A stretch of DNA of 64,000 nucleotides from Cyanidioschyzon merolae (taxonomy: Eukaryota): NCBI GenBank assembly GCA_000091205.1, contig AP006493.2; one strand, written 5' to 3'. The notes below the pieces were generated by a model. It did no database searches. It saw only the letters and a list, made by a program, of their open reading frames with translations, and was not told the DNA's origin. A program made the position numbers and the translations under genes. Shown here piece after piece: positions 33,068 through 44,232 of the stretch. Numbering within the stretch: the first letter of the stretch is position 1; each line of letters opens with the position of its first letter.

Positions 33068-34783
33068 ATGAGTAACCGCAGCAGAGCAGACACGACAGGC
33101 TGCGTTGCGAGCTGGGTCCTCCAGTTTGCTGTTGCAGAGAGTCACGGTAAACACAACTATTTCGCTGAGTTCGCGCCTTGCGTGGAAAAGTCCGCGACGG
33201 ATCGAAGTTCCGCACAAGTGAGCGCCCAGTGGCAAGCTCGGCATACGGCAGGTGTCGGCGGACATAACGAGCAAAGATTTTTGTTAGCAACCTGTGGAGG
33301 GCCAGGCGCACGAGTATACGCTGCACCCACGGGTGAACCCGCTGTTCAAGATCTTCAGTTGCTCGTTTCATATGCAAGTTCTCTTCCAAGAGCTGATACT
33401 GACGAGTGTTTCTGTTGTACGTGGGCATTCGAGGAAGCGACCAGCGACGTTCTCCTGTGTTTGGGGTATGAAAGCGGTATCATTCGGGTCGTACATTTAT
33501 CCAACGATTCTCTGTGTCACACGTTGCTGGGTCACAGCGGGGCGGTGCACTGCCTCCGGTCCTGTCCGAAACGGCCTTCGTGGCTGCTGTCGGCGAGCAA
33601 GGATGAATCGCTGCGCCTTTGGGACTTGGGGACCGGAAATTGCTTTGCAATTTTTTGCGGACTACAAGGGCATCGTGGAGAAGTTCTTTTTTGCGACTGG
33701 CATCGCAGTGGCGAAAAGTTTGTCTCTTGTGGAATGGACGGCACAGTGCGGGTATGGAATATTGACGCGAAAGTGTTGCAGTCATTCGAAATGCAGAGAA
33801 GAAGAGCTTGCGTTGCGGAGCGCGCTGGAGAGGGCGCCAGGCATTCCGCTGCACTGCCGAAATTTCCGAGCAGTGCGCCCCAAAAAGTCACAGATCCGAC
33901 GCCACAAAAAGTGCTCTTCCGTGGAATACCAGGGGAAGTTGAGACTCCTGTGGCACCTCCTCATCCATCGAAGCGTCATCGTAGAAGAAGGAATGCTGTT
34001 GGTGTTGCACAAGCAGCGCCCCAAACGCTCGATGTGCCCAGAAATCTGGCATGCCCGTCAAGGGAAAATGCGAGCCCCTACGAGACTGAGCGCACCAGTT
34101 CTCCAGCCACAACGCCAAAGAAGATACCGAGCCCACGGCGCCCGAGTGCCTTGCGCCATTTCAATCGGAGCCCGGAAACGAGTGCAGCTGCAGACTTGGA
34201 ACGTATCCCATATACGACCGCGCCATTGGTTGATGGCGTTACGCTGGATGCCCCTGCACGGGGCGTACCTCCTCCGATGACTCTCGGCGATGATGCGGTG
34301 CGACAAGCCGCAGGTTCGCGCACCCGCCGCTATGTCGAGTTTGTTCAGTTTCCAGACCAGGTGTTCCGCTTTGTTCACGGGAACTATGTAGACTGCGTCG
34401 CCTATGTCGGGGATTTGATTCTATCCAAGTCGGTACATAGCAAGATTGTGCTCTGGGCTCCTGGTATGGATGATCGCGGTTTGCTTCCATCATCGAGCGA
34501 GCACCGCGTTCTTATTGAGTACCGATATCGAGGCGGTGATCTCTGGTATATTCGATTTGCGGTGGACCCCATGCAAACTTTGCTTGCCGTAGGCTCAAGA
34601 ATGGGTACTATTTATGTATTCCAGGTGGATGATCCAGGCGGCAAACCTATCGCTTGCCTGACGCATCCGCAAGCCACTGCTGCAGTGCGACATGTCGCGT
34701 TCAGCCCCGACGGGAAGATGATCCTGGCAGTTTGTGATGACAGCACCGTTTGGCGGTGGGATATAGAGTCGTTGACGCGCTGA
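33068..34783 (+). CDS. EED: Polycomb PRC2 WD40 subunit EED/ESC homolog with a ~170-aa low-complexity insertion
   Basis: Strong similarity to EED. 'LLGHSGAVHCLRSCPKRPSWLLSASKDESLRLWDLGTGNCFAIFCGLQGHRGEVLFCDWHRSGEKFVSCGMDGTVRVWNI' matches EED '[76 protein letters not shown]'. 'HGNYVDCVAYVGDLILSKS' matches EED 'HRNYVDCVRWLGDLILSKS'. C-terminal 'LAVCDDSTVWRWD' matches EED 'IAVCDDASIWRWD'. Confidence 0.85.
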   Translation: MSNRSRADTTGCVASWVLQFAVAESHGKHNYFAEFAPCVEKSATDRSSAQVSAQWQARHTAGVGGHNEQRFLLATCGGPGARVYAAPTGEPAVQDLQLLVSYASSLPRADTDECFCCTWAFEEATSDVLLCLGYESGIIRVVHLSNDSLCHTLLGHSGAVHCLRSCPKRPSWLLSASKDESLRLWDLGTGNCFAIFCGLQGHRGEVLFCDWHRSGEKFVSCGMDGTVRVWNIDAKVLQSFEMQRRRACVAERAGEGARHSAALPKFPSSAPQKVTDPTPQKVLFRGIPGEVETPVAPPHPSKRHRRRRNAVGVAQAAPQTLDVPRNLACPSRENASPYETERTSSPATTPKKIPSPRRPSALRHFNRSPETSAAADLERIPYTTAPLVDGVTLDAPARGVPPPMTLGDDAVRQAAGSRTRRYVEFVQFPDQVFRFVHGNYVDCVAYVGDLILSKSVHSKIVLWAPGMDDRGLLPSSSEHRVLIEYRYRGGDLWYIRFAVDPMQTLLAVGSRMGTIYVFQVDDPGGKPIACLTHPQATAAVRHVAFSPDGKMILAVCDDSTVWRWDIESLTR

Positions 34784-35707
34784 AATTTCACACGGCGCTC
34801 GCAGCTGCTTAGCTATGATGACTGTTCTTTAGCCAGTCATCCGTGTTCGTCTGAATCACAATATTCAGGGGCGCTGATGATTTAGTCGAGGGTTCTGTAC
34901 ACTGCTTCGTACAATCATAACGAACGCGAACTCGTATTTCTGTCAGTCAATTTTGAATAGATAGAGCACTGCATGCAGGTTCTGCCGTTGCCACAACGGC
35001 AAGATTGCGCTGCGGTTCGTCGGGATTCTTGATTGCGGCTGCATACTCGACGACCATCGTATCAGCTCCACGCTAGGCAACGTATGGTTCAAGAATGAAG
35101 CAGCGCTCAAGCGCCATAAAATAGCCGACGCCGTGTCTCCGTCCTCAAAGTCGACCGCGATCTCGCATCCGACAGACTCTGATTACATGCTTCAGATCGA
35201 TGCCGTTTAAATCACAGGCAGCGCACCTGCAGCACAATCTCCACACAGACACAGCCATTGTGTTCGTATTCCACTGCGATGCATTTAAATCGAGTAATAG
35301 GTTCTATGAGGGACAGCTAGCTGGATGAGAAAATCAAAAGTCTAGAACCTCTCAGTACCCCACTGAGCTTCAAACAGTATCTAGAAGCTTCTGGGGCATT
35401 TTGGATCGGTTCTGAGACCGTATCCATAAACGCATTCGCGTCGCCGAGGTCGACGCACTCGACATGCTAAGCTCTCCCATTACTCGAAATATGCATAAAG
35501 TATTAATATCTTTCGTAGAAAGCGCTCGCACTGCATCTTCATGCTCCCAGTAGCGATCAAAACTGATCTCATGAGCGCTGCACGCGATGCCTGCCGTCCC
35601 TTTTAAATAGAGCAATTCATCCACTTGATGCATTAAATGGCTGCCATTCTGAGAATCCATAGTTAGCGTGAATATTCGCGCAGTGAAAAATCCTGATCAC
35701 GTGTGCT

Positions 35708-36664
35708 TCAAATATAATGTATGTGCTGCGGATCCTCAGGTTCGCTCAAGAATGACGCGTCCGCATTACGAGCCAGGCGCCAGACATCGGAAGTTCGTTC
35801 CTCATCAGCGTCTCTCGAAGCGCCCGTATCCGCAATACGAGCATCCAAGACACATTCACACACGGCGCAATATCCTACCCAGTTCACCTTGGTGTGCTTG
35901 CCGCATAGGCCCTTGGTCATGAGCTCAACAGAAATGCCGTGACCGACAACAAGGATGTCACCCTCTTTGTACCTTTCCGTGATCAACTGGATGGCTTTTC
36001 TGCAACGCTGCGTTATCTGGTGAATATCCTCTGGAAACTCAGCCACGACGAGAGACCGATGCGACTCCAGGTCAAGCCGCGGCAGCTGGGCTTTCCACTC
36101 AGCTAAGGGCGTGAGCTCTGGGGCACGTTCCCCGAACCACTCGGCGTGCAACCACTCACTCGCCCCGTGCTCAACGTACAAAGGCAGCTCGAGCTCTTCC
36201 GCAACAACATGTGCTGTCTCCAGCGTTCGCGCAAACGGCGAGCTCAGAATCGTACGAATGTTGCCCGCAGACCGGAGGAAAACACCCAGCTCGCGTGCTT
36301 GACGGCGACCTCGGTCCGTAAGCGGTGGGTCTTGCGGATATGTCGCTCGCTCACCCCACGTGCGATCCACATGGTCTATGCGCTCGCCATGTCGTGCGAT
36401 GAAAACACGACGGAAGACGCTAGTTGCGTTCTCCATGGAAACGCCCGCAAAAGGCACCTCGAAAAGCGGCACTCTGAGCGCCTGCGCGGCAATGCACGCA
36501 CTGAACACTGCCCCGCCGCCGAAGATGACGATGACACTCCAACGCGATGCTTGCAATCGATGCAGATGCATTGAGGCGTTCGATGCGCGTAGCTTGTGGA
36601 GGCGCCTGGGTAGCGCTCTACATCCCTGGAACAGTGGTGGTAGCAACCCAGATAACGATTGCAT
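35708..36664 (-). CDS. histidine phosphatase superfamily (phosphoglycerate-mutase-like, branch 1) protein
   Basis: Catalytic 'RHGERIDH' (RHGE motif). The second His is in 'ILVVGHGISVEL'. ~318 aa with an N-terminal hydrophobic segment. Confidence 0.75.
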   Translation of the reverse strand: MQSLSGLLPPLFQGCRALPRRLHKLRASNASMHLHRLQASRWSVIVIFGGGAVFSACIAAQALRVPLFEVPFAGVSMENATSVFRRVFIARHGERIDHVDRTWGERATYPQDPPLTDRGRRQARELGVFLRSAGNIRTILSSPFARTLETAHVVAEELELPLYVEHGASEWLHAEWFGERAPELTPLAEWKAQLPRLDLESHRSLVVAEFPEDIHQITQRCRKAIQLITERYKEGDILVVGHGISVELMTKGLCGKHTKVNWVGYCAVCECVLDARIADTGASRDADEERTSDVWRLARNADASFLSEPEDPQHIHYI

Positions 36665-37651
36665 GTCTCACGCAATATGCAGGAGCTGCCTACGTTCGTC
36701 ACGAGAAGGAATAAGCATGCGACCGGGTGCTGGTGGCTGCAGGTTCTGGAGCCTGTTCGGGCGCAGCGCCACAGACGTTGGGTGACGCTCTGCGTGCTCT
36801 GCGCGGCTGTTATGCTGGGGGTGCTCGCAACATTTGGGCTTGTTCGCGACTTGCTGGCGGCTAGGCTCGAGAATCCGTCAGCGCATGCCCGAGGCAGTGA
36901 GGCGGCTGCGTCCTCACCTCTTTCACAGCTGAAACACCTCATCATTGTTGCGGGCAACGCCGTGTACACTGGGTCCAACTTTGCTTCTGCCAGTGATGAC
37001 CATCAGTGGTACCTTGAAGACTACCAGAAAGGTCAAGGTCTCGTGTTCCTTCAGCATCTACGCAGAGGTATTGAAATAGCACAGGCGGATCCACAGGCTT
37101 TGCTGTTGTTTTCGGGGGGAAAGACAAGGTTGGAAGCTGGGCCGCTGAGTGAAGCTGAGAGCTACTGGCGTCTGGCCAGTGCTCAAGCGTGGTGTGGCCA
37201 CGCGGAAGGCGTTTCCGGCAGGGTACTCACCGAAGACTTTGCTCGAGACTCGTTCGAGAACCTCCTTTTTTCAATATGCCGCTTTCGCCAGCTCACTGGA
37301 AACTACCCTCGCAACATCACGATGATCTCGCTCGAGCTGAAGCGCAAACGCATAGAGACGCAGCACCGAACAGCAATACGCTACCCAGCGGCTCAGTTTC
37401 GCTTCATTAGTACAGAAGAAGCATTACATTTTGGCGGGCCAGTGCCGGATTCGATGCCCGCCGATAGGGCGCTTGCGGCCTTCGCTACAGATCCATACGG
37501 ATGCCTGCACGAGGAGTTGCTGGAAAAGCGAAGGAAACGAAATCCCTTTCATGTGGTGATTCCGTACCCGTCCGGCTGTCCGGAAATCGCCCGCCTCATT
37601 CGATACTGTGGACGGAATATTTTCAAAGGGCGATTGCCGTGGGATCCCTGA
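36659..37651 (+). CDS. DUF218 (YdcF/ElyC-like) domain membrane protein
   Basis: N-terminal TM 'VTLCVLCAAVMLGVLATFGLV'. 'LIIVAGNAVYTG' and the hallmark 'TEDFARDSFENLLFS' match the DUF218 consensus (E..S.NT.EN..FS). Confidence 0.7.
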   Translation: MHVSRNMQELPTFVTRRNKHATGCWWLQVLEPVRAQRHRRWVTLCVLCAAVMLGVLATFGLVRDLLAARLENPSAHARGSEAAASSPLSQLKHLIIVAGNAVYTGSNFASASDDHQWYLEDYQKGQGLVFLQHLRRGIEIAQADPQALLLFSGGKTRLEAGPLSEAESYWRLASAQAWCGHAEGVSGRVLTEDFARDSFENLLFSICRFRQLTGNYPRNITMISLELKRKRIETQHRTAIRYPAAQFRFISTEEALHFGGPVPDSMPADRALAAFATDPYGCLHEELLEKRRKRNPFHVVIPYPSGCPEIARLIRYCGRNIFKGRLPWDP

Positions 37652-38305
37652 GCTAGCAGGTGCACTTCTATCCGCTCATTCGGCTCTTAAAAGCGAAAGA
37701 GGTGCCTTCAGCTTGTGCAGCTTGCCCGCTTTCCACAGCGTTTTTTTGTAAAGTGTTTCGGAAAGGTCTGTGCCGCACGCATGGTAATGGCGAGCTGCGT
37801 GATTCGTCTCCCGCAACCATGCATCCTGAATTCGAAATTCGCTAGACTTGTATGTGGAGCCTTTCGCGCCCCGAAAACCCACCAAGCGAAGGCGCGCCGG
37901 TGGTGCTCCACGCACGTATCCGACAACCGCAATATGCGAAAGTGACCGTGACTGCAAACTTCAGGCACGAAAGCACCGCATCCATTTATCCTTGCAGTAT
38001 TTTGTTCTTTAACAGGCATAAGATCTGGAAAAATGTTTCGTTGTGTTCTCCAGCTCCGATTGGGCATATTCCGTCGACAAGTGCTGACACGTCTACGCTT
38101 CATGTCGCGGAGAGTCCTCGGCCCAGCCGCGCGCGCTGTACCTCGCGCACCGATGCATCGCGTCGCACCGCTGTGCCATTCTGGTCTTTTTTGCAATCCC
38201 AGGCGGAAACCGCTTTTGCGCTGAGAGTTTCGACCATATTCTCAACAGTGCCGTTGTAGAATAACTGGGCAACGTAATCGTTGGGGGAGCGTACACTCTA
38301 CGAAC

Positions 38306-38896
38306 ATGATCAAAACGCGTGTCACAGCTTTCGTGCAACTCCCGGTTAGCGCTCAGTCGGGGCGTGCTGCCAGAGTGAACGCGCCGCGCAAGCACCGGCT
38401 GCAATCTCGAAAGTTCGTGCTCCATAGCGAGCTTCGTGTGGACCGTCGTGTTTTTCTGCGAAATAGTCTTGCGGTGTTTCTCGGGAGCCTCACCGCTGCT
38501 TTCTCTGCTTCGCGCACCGACTGGGGCGCGCAACCTGCAAACGCAGAAGTACTACGTCACGCAGCGCCGGGCTACGAGCTGCACGGCGACTACCACGAAG
38601 ACGCAACGCAGGTTGTGCAGTCGATGCGAACAGTAACTAGGTTGGAGCGGGGGACTCCTGGAATGAAAGAGAAAGTAGACGCAACTCGGAAGCAAATGAA
38701 CGATTTTGTCGCGCTTTACAGGAGGAACCCAAACGTTGCAGGGGCCGTGTCTTTCTCAACGCTGTATACTGCGATAAATACGCTGGCGGGTCATTTTGCA
38801 AGCTATGGCAGTACGTATCCTGTGCCGGAGAAAAGGAAAAAGCGCTTGGAGCAACAGCTCAATGACGTGGAGAGGGCCCTTAGTCGAGGTCGCTAG
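38306..38896 (+). CDS. PSB27: photosystem II repair/assembly protein Psb27, thylakoid-lumen targeted (twin-arginine signal)
   Basis: The mature region aligns closely with Synechocystis Psb27. 'MNDFVALYRRNPNVAGAVSFSTLYTAINTLAGHFASYGSTYPVPEKRKKRLEQQLNDVERALSRG' matches 'INDYISRYRRKGDAGGLKSFTTMQTALNSLAGYYTSYGARPIPEKLKKRLQLEFTQAERSIERG'. It is preceded by an S/R-rich presequence and the Tat motif 'DRRVFLRNSLAVFLGSLTAAFSA'. Confidence 0.9.
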   Translation: MIKTRVTAFVQLPVSAQSGRAARVNAPRKHRLQSRKFVLHSELRVDRRVFLRNSLAVFLGSLTAAFSASRTDWGAQPANAEVLRHAAPGYELHGDYHEDATQVVQSMRTVTRLERGTPGMKEKVDATRKQMNDFVALYRRNPNVAGAVSFSTLYTAINTLAGHFASYGSTYPVPEKRKKRLEQQLNDVERALSRGR

Positions 38897-40235
38897 ACAG
38901 ATTTAGTTCGTGAGCTATTATCCGCTACGGACTGGTGGTAAACGGGAGCATCTAATCGCGTTAAACATGTATGCATAACTGGAATTCCATTCTAGCAGCC
39001 CATCGAAGACGAGGCAGAGAGATAGAAACGAATGCAGTCCTTGTGCGCGCACGAAGCGCTGCATAACCAACGTCCACTGCCCTGGCTATCTACAAACCCA
39101 TGTTCGAGGGCGTTTTCTTTGATGCTTCTACCAACAACCATAAAGGTATGGAGATGGGTGCGCATGTCGTAGTTCAATTTTGCAGATCTCTAGAAACCTA
39201 TATCTAACTGTTTAGGAGCCAAAGCGTGCATAGGATCTCTGCTTTGGAACTGCAACGTAACGTCCTGCTGTGCATGGAGCATCGTATGCGCTGTGTGGCG
39301 AGCCGCATACTACGATATTCTTTAGTTTGCGGATATGGAGCACGTAGCAGCGGTGTCGGGGAACTCGTTGCGTTGTCAGCGTTTCAAGTGCAAGACCCTG
39401 GATCATATGGACCGCGAGTTGTGGTTAGCACCCTATCAGATGCGTCTCATGGGAACCAGCGCATTTTCCACTGCCTGCGTGAGCAAGCAGAAACGTGCAA
39501 AGACGCCATATGCACATTTTTCGGCTTTCGACACGAAGCACGCACTTGAAGCGAGTTGCTACACATCGTGCCTCCCTGGAACAAGCATACTTCCATGAGC
39601 AGCTGCATGTTTTCTTTATGGACGATCCGCGCAGCGCAACGATTTGATCACAAAACCTCCTTCATCTTTTTAACATCGCATCGTTCGTGGATTCACATAG
39701 CAGGCGCGCTCTTTCCAGTTAACGCGTTACAGTCCAGGTTCCCTTTTGCCTGTTCCCCAGTCGAAGTTATCGTTCCGCTGTGTGTCGTGGTTGATGAAGG
39801 GCATAATCAGCAGCGCCCGTGCACATGCAAGATTCAGTTCCCATTTCGACAGCACTCGTCCAGCATGTTCTGAAAAGTTTCTCCGCAGACAGTTTCCGCA
39901 CGTACTGCGCAGCACCGAGTGCACCTGCGCTGGCACAACGCGTTCCCGCATATCGTTCGGCAGCTAGTCGGGCGCCCCATCGCATTAATTCCTACTTAGT
40001 CAGTAAGACACGCCTCAATTTGCAACTTTAAAAAAAGGGACAGCAACCTGAGTTCCATATTGCCCGCGGGTAAGCACACGGCCTACACGCCACATCCGCT
40101 CCTATCGGCATTCTGCAGACGTGCGTCTATGCGCCGCAGAGCCATTCCATCTTCCGAGCAACGACCGCGGCAGCAGCGGCCATTCGCATTTCAGGCGTTT
40201 CCAGTCGGACTCGTTGGCATCGTTAAGAGGGTCCC

Positions 40236-40826
40236 ATGCAGCGCCTAAAGTCTCTGCTAACCGCATCACTATATCCCAGGTCGATCGATTCGGGGCAAGT
40301 CTCCAGATATGGCCGACGAGCTTTCAGCACGGAGCTTGAAAAGGGAGGAGCTGGTGAAGTGGCGCCGTTGGACTTGAAATCCCTCGCAGAGAACGCTGAC
40401 CCGGAGACTTTGGCTGAAATCAACCGGCTTCGTCAGGCAATCAATGAACTTCACGCCCAGTTCACTGTGCCAAGCAACGCTGAAAATCTTGACTGGGCCC
40501 AGTGGGAGGGCAGACTCCTCTCAAAAGGTCTCGTTACTTCGATGCGCAAAGCGTTCGAGTCCCTGCAACCGCCGGAACTCGAGAAGGAGCGCCAGGAGCT
40601 CTTGCGACAGATTGACTCCAGTTTTGAGCCGCTGATAAAGCAAGCACAAGAGCTAGCGAAAGATGCAGAGGCTCGTTTAAAAGCTCTTGACGATATGCTT
40701 AAAGAGCTCGACGGACTCCAAAAGAATCTACCACGCCTTACGGTTGATGAGCTCATGGCGAAACGGCCCGACTTGGCGAGCGAAGTTGAGTCCGATTTGA
40801 AGCAGTCGAAATGGTTCAGGCTGTAA
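40236..40826 (+). CDS. mitochondrial F1Fo-ATP synthase subunit d (ATP5H/Atp7 family)
   Basis: N-terminal mitochondrial-type presequence. 'NLDWAQWEGRL' and C-terminal 'RLTVDELMAKRPDLASEVESDLKQSKWF' match yeast Atp7 'KLDWAKVISSL' and 'ELTVDDLTKIKPEIDAKVEEMVKKGKW'. Confidence 0.7.
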   Translation: MQRLKSLLTASLYPRSIDSGQVSRYGRRAFSTELEKGGAGEVAPLDLKSLAENADPETLAEINRLRQAINELHAQFTVPSNAENLDWAQWEGRLLSKGLVTSMRKAFESLQPPELEKERQELLRQIDSSFEPLIKQAQELAKDAEARLKALDDMLKELDGLQKNLPRLTVDELMAKRPDLASEVESDLKQSKWFRL

Positions 40827-43800
40827 GTTTCGAGTCCGCAGGATATGCTTTCGTGCTGCCGAGCATGCCCCTCTGTCAGACTCTGGTCCAGGCGCAAGAC
40901 CCGGAAGCATGCGAGCGAGGTGCTCGTTATCCGTCGCTTGGAGACGAGGTCATCAATGGTGATTCAAGCTGCCTATGCAGCGAGATCGAGAGCGGTCTGT
41001 TTGCGCACTACACGGCTATGTAATCCAGGTATCAAAAGGAGGCACGTGAATAAATCCATGGAGCTGGCGTGGTTTGTTATCCGTACACTGCTTCGTCTTC
41101 ACGGCATCTGTCGGGCCACTGTATTCGTCCATACTCGCCACAACAGTGCGTTTCATCTCTTGGAAGAATTTGGCAAACCTCAGCATCGGTGGTAGGATCC
41201 AGATTCTTGTGACTCCAGCTCAATGACGTGGAATGTTCAGCGGGCTCGAGGGTCGCACCGCAGATGGTGTTGAGAATTGAGGATAAGCGGCGGTTTCGAG
41301 GCCGCGGAGCCCATTGTTTCTGACGGCAACGATACAGGAAAACTCTCTAACGCTCTGGATGACCTAGTAAAAGATATGAGTGAAACGCAACTTTTGTAGA
41401 AGCTTCAACGGCGGCAACGCAATTGGCCTCAGTGAATTCCCCATGCATCCCTGTTTACTTGCAATTCCATACGGAATATCGCCAGGATGTTTCGAAATCG
41501 AATGTCTGCACTCGGACTGCATCTTTCGATGCGCTATATGTTTCGCGACATGCGTTCTTGGCACCGTGCCTGCATCCGATACGAATATCGATCCACATTT
41601 TCCAATGCCTCAGACACCACTCCGTGAGCAATGCTTTGATTTAATCGTAGTCGCTCCGGGGAACTAGATGTCTATACAACTATGTCCTTGATTTTGCTCC
41701 ATGAACGCGTGCAACTCTATTTGCCCACCTAATAATGAACAGCGGGAGCTGCAGGCATGGAAATCTGCAGGTTCGGCTATGCTTCCGTCGTGAGCGCCAC
41801 GGCGACGTATATCCGTACGCGCTCTTCATGTTGACGTGATGTACAGTGCCACCTTCGCCAAGGAATACTCCATGGGTTCCACAGCGCGCCTGAAAGCATC
41901 AGAGACCCATTCATCGCGGTATGAATCAGAAGACTTTCCGAATTTTCCTCTTTCCAACGGGATCGAGCACTCGATCTCCTACCGATGGTGGACGCCTCGC
42001 GTCTAAAGCGAGCTTCAGATCCAACTATTGAGAAAGGATCGGCGAGCTCGAGATGCAATCTCAGAATTTCATTGGCACTGAATCATATCACATATACGAA
42101 TCAAACACCAGAAAAGGTGTCGAGAACCGAGCTTTCGGGAAAAAAGCTGATCAAGCTGCAGCGGCACGGCCGACCTCCGTTGTCGCGGTGATACCACTCA
42201 TATCCAGAGGCGAGCGTTGCTCGACGACATGAGATAACCCTTTCATTCCTAGCCTTGTTTCAAAATACGTCAAGCCTTTAAGCAGTATCACGAAGTGTTC
42301 ATCGAAATGCGTCTCGATGGAAGCGTCTGAGTACGGCTCGGAGCGGTCTCGCACGGAGCACGCAACAACCGCGTCGTATATTCTATTTCATAGAAAAGTG
42401 CAGCTCGATAATCGTTCACCAGTGACCAAGGGCGCGTGCTGCTAGTGTATATATGCGGTGCTGTAGCCTTGCTGGATCGCTGAACCGTACCATACCCGTG
42501 CTTTGCTCCTGGTGAGAGCTCAATCTCTTCTTTGCTGGCGACAGATATTTTTCATCGCAAGTCGACAGCCTTTCAGTAAAAAACCCACGTTGAGCACGAA
42601 ACAATTACCTCAAAATTTTGCTATAGATAAATCCACTGGACGCTGCGGAACCACGATCCAGATTCGAGTGTTGACCGAGGTGTCAGCTCTCGATGGAGAA
42701 ACTCCGTGCGAGCATGGTTGTTCGTGGAGTCACACAATGGAGCAAGGCTTTCGGCATCGATTGCCGCACCATCTGACTTTCGGTCAGCTTCTCGGACACT
42801 ATCTTATGCATCCGTCTTTTTTCTCACGCTGTCACTGTCCAGCAGTTTCAGCGCGCACTCGATCTCTTGACGCATGTACATTGTCATGAACGCTTCCGGG
42901 GGAATCGTGCAGAATCGATTGCTACTCTCTCATACTATCTCGTCGAAGGAATAAGGAGCCCAGAGTATACGCGCTTCTTGACGTCCAGCGACATGCACTA
43001 TCACTGAACGACGCGACTTACCCGTCAATTCTTTCTTCAGCTTTTTGAACAAGTTCGCGAACGCCCGCTTCTTGCTCGAGTACAACCAAAATCGTCAGGC
43101 GCTCAGCGTGATCTCAGATATTCCGACGAAAGCTCGTCCCCATGAGGCATTTTGACGCTGGTTTTGCGCTCTGAATGAAGCGTCCAGAGTATCCTACTCC
43201 TCAGCTCGCTGCGATGAGTCGAGCGTTGAGATGGGCTCTCACACCGTCTCTGCGTTCCTCGGTATGCTCCCTGGCGCCCTTCATGCATTACTTCCAATGA
43301 TAGTCGGCCCTGGCAAATCTGAACAGCTCCATCTGCGTCCCATTCAGGTTTTTGAAGCCGTCTTCTTGATTTAGCGGCATGGTGCCGTAGATCATGCCGT
43401 ATACCCGGGATCTAGGCAATATCTTTCCTTGCATCTGCTTTGAACGTTCGGAGACGAATCTCGTTGTCCGACCTGGGCCAAGGTTACGCGGAGTGCATGT
43501 GTGCCGATATTCTTTAAATCTTCGTCGTCCTCGTAAACTCTTTTTCATTTCCTCTCAGTAAACGAGAATCCCTGAATATGCTTCTCCTGTGCACTTCGCG
43601 TGGGTGCTCGAATACTTCCCAGTTGCTCGCAGGGACCGGCTCCTTCCTCGCCCTTTCTATCACTTAACGGGGCGGGATCGAAGAATGAACTATTTTCTAT
43701 TACCATTTTTTATCAAGAATTGGGCGGAATGGGTTGGTCGTGGGCCCGGGGCTTTCGCTCTTCATGCACGTACCCGTGATTCCCCAAAATGCCTCATCAT

Positions 43801-43920
43801 CAACTTGTTCGTCGCAAGCACGCCCACGGAACGAAGCGCGTCTTTACATTCCCTCCTGGTGACGAGCAGAGACGCAATAGACCAGTGCAGGGCTGGTGAG
43901 GGTAGCGGATGACTTGTCGG

Positions 43921-44232
43921 TTAACGGTCGGCGAAGAATGATATCACTGGTGCGAAGAACTCGTCCTTAGATCCGAGCACGTACGCCATGCGTTTGGCAA
44001 CAGACAATTCGCCTTCGACTGGGTTCAACCAGGAAGAATAGGCACGTACGAAGAGCACTTCGACGCCACTCTTGTCCGCGTATGCCTTGCCCGCTTTTGC
44101 CGAATGGAAGGCGACTTTGTCTAAGAGCAAAACAGAAGACTGTGCGAAGAAGCATACACGAGAAGTGCGTAGACGAAGGGCGCTGTGTTCTGCAGTCCTG
44201 TTCATTTGACCAGTTATAGACAATCTCTCCAT
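43921..44232 (-). pseudogene. remnant of a Tc1/mariner-IS630-type DDE transposase (C-terminal fragment only)
   Basis: 'ADKSGVEVLFVRAYSSWLNPVEGELSVAKR' resembles the DDE_3 C-terminal signature '...GIEVL.WPA.SPDLNPIE..W..LK...'. No upstream part is recognisable. Confidence 0.3.
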
